A DNA stretch of 62,194 nt. It comes from a virus. Lineage: Duplodnaviria > Caudoviricetes. Made by a program: the position numbers and the translations under genes. The notes beneath the pieces were generated by a model. The model was not told the origin of the DNA. It did no database searches and was given only the letters and a program-made list of their open reading frames with translations. The stretch spans positions 1 through 62,194 of IMG/VR virus record IMGVR_UViG_3300032233_000294; one strand, given 5' to 3'. Positions 55,003 through 62,194 of the stretch are shown here, one piece after another (position 1 is the first letter of the stretch; each line of letters opens with the position of its first letter).

Positions 55003-55229
55003 GTGTTCTCCTCCACGTTTAGCAAGCGCAGTTTCATGCGCTCAAGTAACCACAGAACATCCCCACCATCGGTGTAGGTCGAGGCAAAATACTCCTCACC
55101 TTCCTTGTCGTAACCGATCAGGATTACATCCTCCAGTTTTCCCTTAGTATTCTCAAGCACCATGTCAGGGTCAAGGTCAAGTTTGGTAATGCCGTTAAAT
55201 AGAATGACGTTGCTCATTTTTTCAGTCAT
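54999..55229 (-). CDS. Acidic hypothetical protein
   Basis: ATGA-coupled on both sides. Confidence 0.7.
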   Translation of the reverse strand: MTEKMSNVILFNGITKLDLDPDMVLENTKGKLEDVILIGYDKEGEEYFASTYTDGGDVLWLLERMKLRLLNVEENT

Positions 55230-55423
55230 GCGTTTTTCTCCTTGAGTCTGTCTTCCGTCATTTGCAAAGCCTGATACCGAGTGTTTGCTTTATCCAAGAT
55301 TTCAAAAAGCTCCTTATTCGTCAGCCCTACCCACTCTCGCTTGTAGATTTCAGCCTCGGGTCTGCCAGCATTGATTTCTTTAAGTTGCGCTTTGGCTTGC
55401 TCAAACTGTTCTTGTAGTGTCAT
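55226..55423 (-). CDS. WVGLT-motif mini-protein C (65 aa)
   Basis: YKREWVGLT...LKEKNA; AAGGAG RBS. Confidence 0.7.
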   Translation of the reverse strand: MTLQEQFEQAKAQLKEINAGRPEAEIYKREWVGLTNKELFEILDKANTRYQALQMTEDRLKEKNA

Positions 55424-55599
55424 GCGTTCAACTCCTTCAACATGGCTTGCACCGCTTTTGCAAACACTACTTGTCCCCAAGGCATAGGCGCACCTCGGTG
55501 TTCCGCTACCACCTCGTAGTAGATGGCTTCTATCTGTGAATCACTCAGGTCTACCCACGGCTTCTTGTAGACCTGTGTATCATCGTCTTCGTCAGTCAT
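55420..55599 (-). CDS. WVGLT-motif mini-protein B (59 aa, not in ORF track)
   Basis: MTDEDDDTQVYKKPWVDLS...LKELNA. Confidence 0.75.
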   Translation of the reverse strand: MTDEDDDTQVYKKPWVDLSDSQIEAIYYEVVAEHRGAPMPWGQVVFAKAVQAMLKELNA

Positions 55600-55757
55600 G
55601 TGTTCTTCTCCCTAAGGCGTTGTTCAATGTATTCAATGACTGCCTCCATGTAAGTAGTCTTCCAATCACTCAGATAAAGCGCATGCTGCTTCTCTTCAAA
55701 AGTCAGCCCTACCCACGGCTTTTTGTAGACCTGTGTGTCATCGTCTTCTTCGGTCAT
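55596..55757 (-). CDS. WVGLT-motif mini-protein A (53 aa, not in ORF track)
   Basis: MTEEDDDTQVYKKPWVGLT...LREKNT; first 49 bp are 45/49 identical to B. Confidence 0.75.
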   Translation of the reverse strand: MTEEDDDTQVYKKPWVGLTFEEKQHALYLSDWKTTYMEAVIEYIEQRLREKNT

Positions 55758-56188
55758 TTCTTCTCCTTTACTTTAGCCGTACCAAGCGCGAGGAACCAAT
55801 CTTTAAACACATCAGCAGGGCGGCATGCTAGGTATATCCCCCTGCCATCACGCACCTTGGATATTGCGGCAACTACGTCCTTCCAATCGTCTTGGTTCAT
55901 GCCATAAAGTGCTTCCTGTGGCGATGTGCATGTGTGAATCGTGGTCAGGTCAGCAGTGCGCTTGCCGCAGCGTTCGCAGAAGTTGCGCTCCTCTGGCTGT
56001 GCTGCGGGTGGGTAGTTGTTGCTGCTACAAGCCACACACTCGTAAAGTACCTTTGCCTTGCACTCGGGACAGGTTGGCTCCTGCACTTGCTGTGCTTCGT
56101 CTTCTTCTAACATCTTTGCTAATACTTTTCTTGCTGTTGGCGTGTCCGGCATCTTTGCTTCGTCCAACATTTCTTTTGTGATTTTCAT
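55754..56188 (-). CDS. Protein with two zinc-ribbon modules
   Basis: CPEC...CVAC and CERC...HTC; start reassigned to ATG 56188. Confidence 0.65.
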   Translation of the reverse strand: MKITKEMLDEAKMPDTPTARKVLAKMLEEDEAQQVQEPTCPECKAKVLYECVACSSNNYPPAAQPEERNFCERCGKRTADLTTIHTCTSPQEALYGMNQDDWKDVVAAISKVRDGRGIYLACRPADVFKDWFLALGTAKVKEKK

Positions 56189-56364
56189 ATTAGTAGACTC
56201 CAGATGTAAAGCCCCGTAAAGAAAAACAAAGCGGCTATCACTACCAGCGCCACCAAAACAAACCCAACTAAAACGCTGCCGACTATCTGCCACGATTGCG
56301 GCACTGGCTCAATGTCTTCGGGAACAATTGGGTACGGCTTGACCTTGCGGACTTCTTCGTTCAT
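56185..56364 (-). CDS. 59-aa membrane protein (not in ORF track)
   Basis: AAGGAG RBS; IVGSVLVGFVLVALVVIAALFFFTGLYIWSLLI. Confidence 0.7.
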   Translation of the reverse strand: MNEEVRKVKPYPIVPEDIEPVPQSWQIVGSVLVGFVLVALVVIAALFFFTGLYIWSLLI

Positions 56365-56399
56365 GTTGTCTCCTTAAGTATCGTTGTATTTGACATATA

Positions 56400-58268
56400 T
56401 TAACACTCTCCATAGGTCTGTGCGTACTTCGCTTCGCAAGTCACGGGTAAACCCCTAGCCCACTCGGGTGGCGTAGACATGCACTCGACGATATATGCAA
56501 GAGCCTCATCTTTCTCCGCCTCGGGAACCACGATCACCGCCGCATCATGGACAGTCAGGGCAACGCGATAACGCTCGTTGATCTTGATCATCTGCTCCCC
56601 CACGATGATTCGCGCCAAAGCTTGAACTACGTTTTCAACTAGCGACCCGCCCCACAGAGACACGGGGCCCTTGCGCGACTTGTAGACATACTGACTCTTA
56701 GACTCCGACGTATCCAGCTTCAGTTCAGGGTATCGGATAGAAAGCCCATTAGGGAGACCAACCCCGTCTTTAGTGATTTTCAAGCACTTGTGTTTGCCGT
56801 AGTAGTACGGCTTGCCTTCCCAGTTGGCAAGATCTTTGATCACCTTGTCGCCGTCTTTCCAAAGCTTGATCACCTTGTCGTTGGCTTCGCGGTATGTATC
56901 AACATAGTTCTTAGCCTCGGTTTCGGTAACGATTGCTCCCGGTGGCTGAGTCTTCAGCGTGTGCTGAAGCTTTAACGCGCCAGTCCCGTAGCCTAAACCC
57001 AAGATGCAGGTCTTGCCCACGAAACGCTCCACAGGGTTGGCCTTGGTTATGGGGCGCTCATATATCTTGGACGCAAAGACCGAGTAGACATCCTCCCCGT
57101 TGCTGAACTGCTTGACCACATCCTCTTGCCCCGCCAGCCAGACAAGAACACGCGCCTCAATCTGAGAAGAGTCACAGTTGATGACGATGTGATCGTCGGG
57201 CGCTACGACTGCGTTCTTCAGAGCTTTCTTTTTCTTATCTCTACTTGGTAGATTTTGGAAGTTAACCTTATCACTGCCAGCCCAGCGTCCAGTATGCGCA
57301 CCGTAGTATTTGAGTGGGATGGGCAGGCGGCCCCTGTTGCGCTTGCCAACGTCAATGAATCTCTCAATCCTTGATTCTTCGATGGTGGATTTTGTGCCGA
57401 GTCGCACAGCGCATAGCTGTTGGATAAATGGGTCATCATGTTCAGTGAGTTTAAGGAAAGCTTCGTCGTTCTTCGCCAACGCATAGGTCATCTTGCCTGT
57501 TGTCTTGCTCTCCTTCATCGGAGCCTCAACCCCGCGCTCGACTAACAATTCAGCAAACTGTTTATTACTGGCGAGTCGTTTGCGCACCGCCTCTGCGGTC
57601 TCACATTTTAACTTCTCCATCAAGCCCTCAAGCAACAACTGCTTCTCTTCTTTGAGTTCCTCGTAGCGCTCTTGTAGTAGCGCATCATCAACAAAGAACA
57701 CAGGATGCGTGAACATGCGCAGGGTCATGTCAATCAACGCCAACTCGTTCTCGGGGAAGTCGCTCAACAATATTCTAAACAACTCATGCGTGAGGTCTAC
57801 GTCGTTCTTACAGTACTCGCCGTATCGCGCAAGCTCTTCTTTGTTGAAGTCGAGTCGAGCCTTGCCTTCAGCGGCGATCACTTCATCGCCTTTGACGCCG
57901 ATCTTGTAGCGTTCAGCCAATGCCTTGAGTGAGCCACCTGCCTCAACGCCATGAATCGCTCTCGCCATACACAAAGTGTCAAGCATGAACGCGGGCGTGA
58001 TGCCATAGTGCCAGCTAAGAATAGCGCCATCGAAGAGCGTGTTGTGGCACAGAAGCGGACTGCTGCCCCAGTCTAGCGATGTTAGATATTCTTTTATCTT
58101 ATCCCTACCGCCTGATACCCAGACAGTCGGCTGCTCATCCACCTTCACGCCCACGCCGATAACTTCAAAGCGTTTATCGCGTATGTATTCCTCAGTGGTC
58201 TGATGCTTGAAGCCCAGCTTGATCTTGCTATCGTAGTAAGTCTCAAAGTCAATCGTTATTAGTCGCAT
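56400..58268 (-). CDS. polA: Family A DNA polymerase with 3'-5' exonuclease
   Basis: ExoI DFET, ExoII HN..FD, ExoIII YCKND; HTGRW, NFQNLP; motif A DSSQIEAR, B R...K...LG..YG, C VHD. Confidence 0.93.
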   Translation of the reverse strand: MRLITIDFETYYDSKIKLGFKHQTTEEYIRDKRFEVIGVGVKVDEQPTVWVSGGRDKIKEYLTSLDWGSSPLLCHNTLFDGAILSWHYGITPAFMLDTLCMARAIHGVEAGGSLKALAERYKIGVKGDEVIAAEGKARLDFNKEELARYGEYCKNDVDLTHELFRILLSDFPENELALIDMTLRMFTHPVFFVDDALLQERYEELKEEKQLLLEGLMEKLKCETAEAVRKRLASNKQFAELLVERGVEAPMKESKTTGKMTYALAKNDEAFLKLTEHDDPFIQQLCAVRLGTKSTIEESRIERFIDVGKRNRGRLPIPLKYYGAHTGRWAGSDKVNFQNLPSRDKKKKALKNAVVAPDDHIVINCDSSQIEARVLVWLAGQEDVVKQFSNGEDVYSVFASKIYERPITKANPVERFVGKTCILGLGYGTGALKLQHTLKTQPPGAIVTETEAKNYVDTYREANDKVIKLWKDGDKVIKDLANWEGKPYYYGKHKCLKITKDGVGLPNGLSIRYPELKLDTSESKSQYVYKSRKGPVSLWGGSLVENVVQALARIIVGEQMIKINERYRVALTVHDAAVIVVPEAEKDEALAYIVECMSTPPEWARGLPVTCEAKYAQTYGEC

Positions 58269-58437
58269 CTGTTTTTCCAAAGATTTTCTCGTAGTACTGT
58301 GCGGGGAACGGCGCTTTCTTCTCTAAGAGTGTTCGCAACCATTCCGCACCGCCAAGCTGACCAAGTATCAAGAACTGCTTGTCGGTCAGTCGGATTTGTC
58401 TTCCTATGAGGGGCGAGGGGGGTTTGGGTCTAGGCAT
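58249..58437 (-). CDS. Ribbon-helix-helix-like small protein
   Basis: MPRPKP...RQIRLTDKQ...LGGAEWLR. Confidence 0.6.
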   Translation of the reverse strand: MPRPKPPSPLIGRQIRLTDKQFLILGQLGGAEWLRTLLEKKAPFPAQYYEKIFGKTDATNND

Positions 58438-58942
58438 TTCCTCTCCCGATACCGAGTTTTCTCCAAAAGCCAGCACTCCCTGCCCCCGCTTCCTTAGCAG
58501 CGTACCGCGCATGCATCTCCGCTGTCGCTTGTGAGTCGGCGTACTGCTTCTGCATCATCTCTTGCTGGGCCTGCATCATCTCTTGCTGGCCTCTTGGGTC
58601 TGTCCAACCTTGACCGTACTGTTGAGAACTACTGGTTACGCCGCCAGTGAACGGGGTGCGTATGGCGTTCGTAAGGTACGCCCGTTTTAACGGGTCAAGC
58701 TCTGTGTCTGTGTTCTCGCCAGCCAATGTCTTGAGAACTTGCTCGTTAAACCTATCAAGCATATGTTGCCTTCTAGATTCCTCCATCGCCTTATTGATTG
58801 CGTCAGCCTCTTCTCTCGGTAAGCATTCTCTGGCGGCATTGAGGACTCTAGACCACCTGCCTATGCCGTGTATGTCATGATCTGCGAACTCTTCGGGGCA
58901 ATCTTTTATCCGCTTCAGCAAAATCTCTGTTCCGATTTCCAT
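58430..58942 (-). CDS. Hypothetical protein
   Basis: AGGAG RBS; duplicated QQEMMQ. Confidence 0.7.
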   Translation of the reverse strand: MEIGTEILLKRIKDCPEEFADHDIHGIGRWSRVLNAARECLPREEADAINKAMEESRRQHMLDRFNEQVLKTLAGENTDTELDPLKRAYLTNAIRTPFTGGVTSSSQQYGQGWTDPRGQQEMMQAQQEMMQKQYADSQATAEMHARYAAKEAGAGSAGFWRKLGIGRGNA

Positions 58943-58978
58943 GTCTAATCTCCTAAATTAAAACAACTGGTATCAAAA

Positions 58979-59006
58979 TAGCGTCCCACTGAGGCATGGG
59001 AGGCTA
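58979..59006. promoter_or_regulatory. Near-complete copy of the 28-bp palindrome TAGCGTCCCAC-N6-GTGGGACGCTA
   Basis: TAGCGTCCCAC TGAGGC ATGGGAGGCTA; another near-complete copy at 449-476. Confidence 0.7.
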
Positions 59007-59027
59007 TCTAAGAAAAAGTATGGCTAC

Positions 59028-59053
59028 AAAAAAAGGCATGGCGAACCATGCCC
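59028..59053 (-). terminator. Intrinsic terminator
   Basis: GGGCATGG-TTCG-CCATGCCT plus T tract. Confidence 0.85.
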
Positions 59054-59060
59054 TAAGGGT

Positions 59061-59582
59061 TTAAACTTTGGCGCGCTCGATAGCTCGGGTCAGATACCAC
59101 TGAGCCTTGCGCAAGTCTTCTAGTTTGCTACCCTTGTGGTCTGCCCTAGTGACATACTTGACAACATTGCCCAAGTGAAAGCCTAGACTTTTTGCCTCAA
59201 TAAAGTCAATGGTCTCAATCCCGCCTATTTTGTAGTGGGGCGGATGGTTCACGCTGTCGGCGTTTAGTTCCTCTTCTGTTGGGCCTCCTGCTAGGATTGA
59301 CTGCCCACTACTAGTCACGGCTATGGTCTGCCAATTCTCGGGGCGGCTACCCTGCATGCGAATCTTGGCTTTGCCCTGCGACACCTCGTGAATAAGTTTT
59401 GCGTACCTCTGCTTAACCTCACTCTTCTGCGCATGGTCATCAGCTAGAGCTTTCCTAGCTTTTGACATCAAGACATAGGCGTATGACTTAGCTACGCCAA
59501 GCTTCGCCATCACTTGCTCTGTTTTGATATTCGGGTTAGCTTCCAAAAGCTTACGCACTTTCTCTGTTTTACTGCGGGTCAT
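59061..59582 (-). CDS. N-terminal HTH-like plus C-terminal DUF3310 (T7 gp1.7-like nucleotide kinase family) protein
   Basis: VNHPPHY...IETIDFI...GNVVKYVTRA..KG...EDL.KA.WYL. Confidence 0.8.
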   Translation of the reverse strand: MTRSKTEKVRKLLEANPNIKTEQVMAKLGVAKSYAYVLMSKARKALADDHAQKSEVKQRYAKLIHEVSQGKAKIRMQGSRPENWQTIAVTSSGQSILAGGPTEEELNADSVNHPPHYKIGGIETIDFIEAKSLGFHLGNVVKYVTRADHKGSKLEDLRKAQWYLTRAIERAKV

Positions 59583-59778
59583 TTGCCTTCTCCTTTTTGG
59601 TTTGGCGTTTAATTGATACGATACCGGCACTGTGCCGATCTCGTGCCTTCTGCATAGAATCTGCTATCTCATACGCTATGTCGGCTAGTTCATCTGTAAC
59701 CCCCTTTCTCATAATTAAACCAACTAGTGCAAGACCAGCGTGTAGGTCACGCAGATTGCTACGATCTTCATCATTCAT
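59569..59778 (-). CDS. Hypothetical protein
   Basis: LRDL.AG.A..G...AY..AD.M..AR pattern. Confidence 0.7.
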   Translation of the reverse strand: MNDEDRSNLRDLHAGLALVGLIMRKGVTDELADIAYEIADSMQKARDRHSAGIVSIKRQTKKEKANDPQ

Positions 59779-60059
59779 AATTTCTCCAATAGCTGTGTCA
59801 GGTCATTGATGTTTGTTTCATCAATGACAAGGGTGAGCCCACCCACCCCACGGATGGCTGACATGTGTTTATCTTGTAAGGCAGTCGGCTTGTTGCCGTT
59901 AGCCTTGGCTTCAACGCCTATGAATCTTCCCTTGTAACAAATCACAAAGTCAGGGACGCCCGATGCACCATACCCAGTGCCAATAGGCATGGTGTAGTAA
60001 GCCCCCCTTGTTTGAAGAATGTCCTTGATCTTCTTCTTAACTGCTCCCTCAGGCGTCAT
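59775..60059 (-). CDS. VRR-NUC domain nuclease
   Basis: E..V, GVPD, GVEAK, PTALQ. Confidence 0.85.
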   Translation of the reverse strand: MTPEGAVKKKIKDILQTRGAYYTMPIGTGYGASGVPDFVICYKGRFIGVEAKANGNKPTALQDKHMSAIRGVGGLTLVIDETNINDLTQLLEKL

Positions 60060-60420
60060 TTAGCGTCCCACCCTTCAGTGACTCTAGAGTTGGTCGGTCT
60101 ACAACTAAACAAAAGTAGGTGTCAGATGACCTCCACCCAACCTCATCAAGTTCGGGCGCGTATGTGTTTGTGTAGAGTGACAATCTAAGTACTTTTGAAT
60201 CAGACAAGTACGAACCTCCGTTAGCTAGAATCATTGCAAATTTAGACTTCAATACATCAGGCAGGGTATCGTCCGTATAAATGCGGTGATACCCATCTGC
60301 TACATATACGATGTAGTTATCGTTCACCTTGCGAACAGGGACACGAACCAACTCCCAATTCTTAGGGTGAACCACAGGACTCATTTCCCCAATTAAGTGG
60401 GGCATGGGGTTGCCATCCAT
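60049..60420 (-). CDS. Hypothetical protein
   Basis: ORF in a coupled operon; start uncertain. Confidence 0.65.
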   Translation of the reverse strand: MDGNPMPHLIGEMSPVVHPKNWELVRVPVRKVNDNYIVYVADGYHRIYTDDTLPDVLKSKFAMILANGGSYLSDSKVLRLSLYTNTYAPELDEVGWRSSDTYFCLVVDRPTLESLKGGTLNDA

Positions 60421-61367
60421 GCTTGTTCGTAATTGTTAGGGCTACTGTTATAGAAAAATACTGCATCAAGACCTTCATCGTACTTGTCTTGTAGCGGGAA
60501 GTTCAACACGCCAAGCCGCTTCATTTCCTTAGCTTCGTAAGAGACTTTCATCATCGTCATCAAGGGCAACAACTCGGGGTACTCCTCGATTGTTCTGACC
60601 CGCTTGAAGTCTTCAAGGGCTTCGTACTCAAATTTATTTGTGTCGCTGTGTATCACGGTTATCTTGAACTTTCCTATGAGCAGATGCTTGTACTCGTCTA
60701 TGCCAATGAGATAGAAAGGATTCTTGAAGAACCGCTTGGATTCTTCTTTCTTTATGTCTCTTATCCTATCAGCTTCTTTGTAAATGTCAAGTGTATTTTT
60801 ACATTTATTTAGGTCTAATGGGGCAATAATTCCATCGGTACTTTCCCCTAGTACGGTCAATAACATTGCGTGAATTTCATCAGGGGTGAACTCATTTCTT
60901 TTATCGCTTGTGCCCATCGAATTGCGTAAGACAGTTACGGCATGCTTGACTGTCTTCACCTTGGTATCCCTAAGGTGTTTCATAGGCTTCACAACCTCTT
61001 GGCGTTTGAGCACTGCCATGAGTGAAGAAAGTTTTGTACTGCGAATAGTCTCTCGATCATTGCTATCTTGCCCACGAGACTTTTGGTAGAAAGGTGTGCG
61101 GAAACAGAACTCTAACTGATCGTTGTTAGTCCCGCCCTTATTTGTTGTCCACACCTTACCAACAGCTATCCCATTGGGGTAGCACATCATGTAAGCGTGT
61201 TTATCTATTTCGGGGTAGTTGACATTCACTACTTTGTCCATAACTTTCAAGCCGTACTTGAATTGCATCTCACGCACCAGTGGGAGAACATCTGAGTGAA
61301 GCAACTCGTCCAGTTGTTCCTCTGTGCCGAACCCCTCAAGAAAATATCTGCTGAATGTGTATGTCAT
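60393..61367 (-). CDS. Hypothetical protein (324 aa)
   Basis: Long ORF; AAGGAG RBS; ATGA-coupled. Confidence 0.75.
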   Translation of the reverse strand: MTYTFSRYFLEGFGTEEQLDELLHSDVLPLVREMQFKYGLKVMDKVVNVNYPEIDKHAYMMCYPNGIAVGKVWTTNKGGTNNDQLEFCFRTPFYQKSRGQDSNDRETIRSTKLSSLMAVLKRQEVVKPMKHLRDTKVKTVKHAVTVLRNSMGTSDKRNEFTPDEIHAMLLTVLGESTDGIIAPLDLNKCKNTLDIYKEADRIRDIKKEESKRFFKNPFYLIGIDEYKHLLIGKFKITVIHSDTNKFEYEALEDFKRVRTIEEYPELLPLMTMMKVSYEAKEMKRLGVLNFPLQDKYDEGLDAVFFYNSSPNNYEQAWMATPCPT

Positions 61368-61558
61368 ACGAACTCTCCTTCAATGATTTGTTGTTTCAGC
61401 TTGATCGTCACGCCTAGACTTCTGATCTTCTCCAACGCTTGCGGGGTAAGCGTGACTGTCCCTGCTATCCCTGCAAACAACTTGGCTCTCTCGCACATGG
61501 GGTAATACTTCACCGCCCCATATACATTCCTTACTTCGATCTTAATTTCGTTAGTCAT
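61364..61558 (-). CDS. Small hypothetical protein
   Basis: VYG...YP....AK.FA.IAGT.TLT motif. Confidence 0.7.
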   Translation of the reverse strand: MTNEIKIEVRNVYGAVKYYPMCERAKLFAGIAGTVTLTPQALEKIRSLGVTIKLKQQIIEGEFV

Positions 61559-62071
61559 ACTGTTTCACCTCCACTCCATCGACCATGACTGTGTAACCCC
61601 ACTCACTCGGCGGGTACATCTCGCCGTTGGTGTACTCAACCTTCTTGAACACCTCATCGTTCTGTTTGTATATCTCCTTGTTCAGTCTGCGTTTGAGATT
61701 CAAGAACATCGTGTGTGGCATTTCCTCGTGTGAGCTATACCTACCACTACTTGAATCAATGAACTTGCGTAGGTTCCAACGCATGTTGCCAATGTCCCAC
61801 CCCACCATGTAAAGCATCGCCGCATCAAGCGGTGCGGTGTGAAGCAGTGTCTCGGCCTTCGCTGAATAGTCTGTATGTGATTCAACAATGCCTAGCCCAC
61901 CCATGTGTTCATTGACCACATCATTCATGGTCTTGACGAACGCCTCGTAGTCCATCGCCTTTGTCATCACTTCAGTCGTCAGGTAGAAGTCTTGGTATCG
62001 AGCGAGTAACTCTTTGCCCACCTTGCGATTGACTTTCCTGCCAATGACCGTGATTGGTTTGGTTGGGCGCA
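61551..62071 (-). CDS. 3' half of the junction-spanning hypothetical protein
   Basis: In frame with 517-1 across the overlap. Confidence 0.85.
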
Positions 62072-62194
62072 TAGTTTCACAGTCAACCCGCAAGCCTTGG
62101 TAGATTGGTATCGCGCCTCGTGTTCTGTCGTTTCTGAATTTGCCTCCCTGCGCCCCCATCCATATCGTCCCACCCCTGCGTGAGTCAGTAGATA
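62072..62194. repeat. Terminal overlap, identical to 1-123
   Basis: Exact identity. Confidence 0.95.

Overview
The window is one apparently complete, circularly assembled tailed-phage genome. Bases 1-123 are repeated exactly at 62072-62194 and one ORF reads through that junction, so the unique length is about 62,071 bp. It has two transcription arms. (1) The + strand virion arm (10255-47562) encodes terminase, portal, GroES, scaffold, major capsid, a cluster of small basic proteins, head-tail adaptors, tail fibre and chaperone, holin and M15 endolysin, a P22 gp10-like hub and three ejection-type proteins including a 2478-aa polyvalent protein. No tape measure or tail tube is recognisable, so a podovirus is likely. 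(2) The - strand arm starts near 9650 and runs leftward through the junction to 47559. It carries early genes with sigma70 promoters, an AAA+/VWA-metallopeptidase module, PolA, a Cas4-like exonuclease, a SNF2 helicase, a probable SSB and a primase-DUF927 helicase. No integrase, tRNA, CRISPR array or reverse transcriptase was seen. The most striking unexplained signals are: about 17 copies of a palindrome (TAGCGT)CCCAC-N6-GTGGG(ACGCTA) confined to the early arc, many inside genes; a repeated promoter/palindrome/terminator cassette around two paralogous early genes; a shared hydrophobic-x-x-GG motif in seven small or ejected virion-module proteins; a 17-aa copy of a helicase segment inside a DUF3310 protein; and two iteron-like arrays. 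All product calls come from motif recognition by eye, not from database searches.
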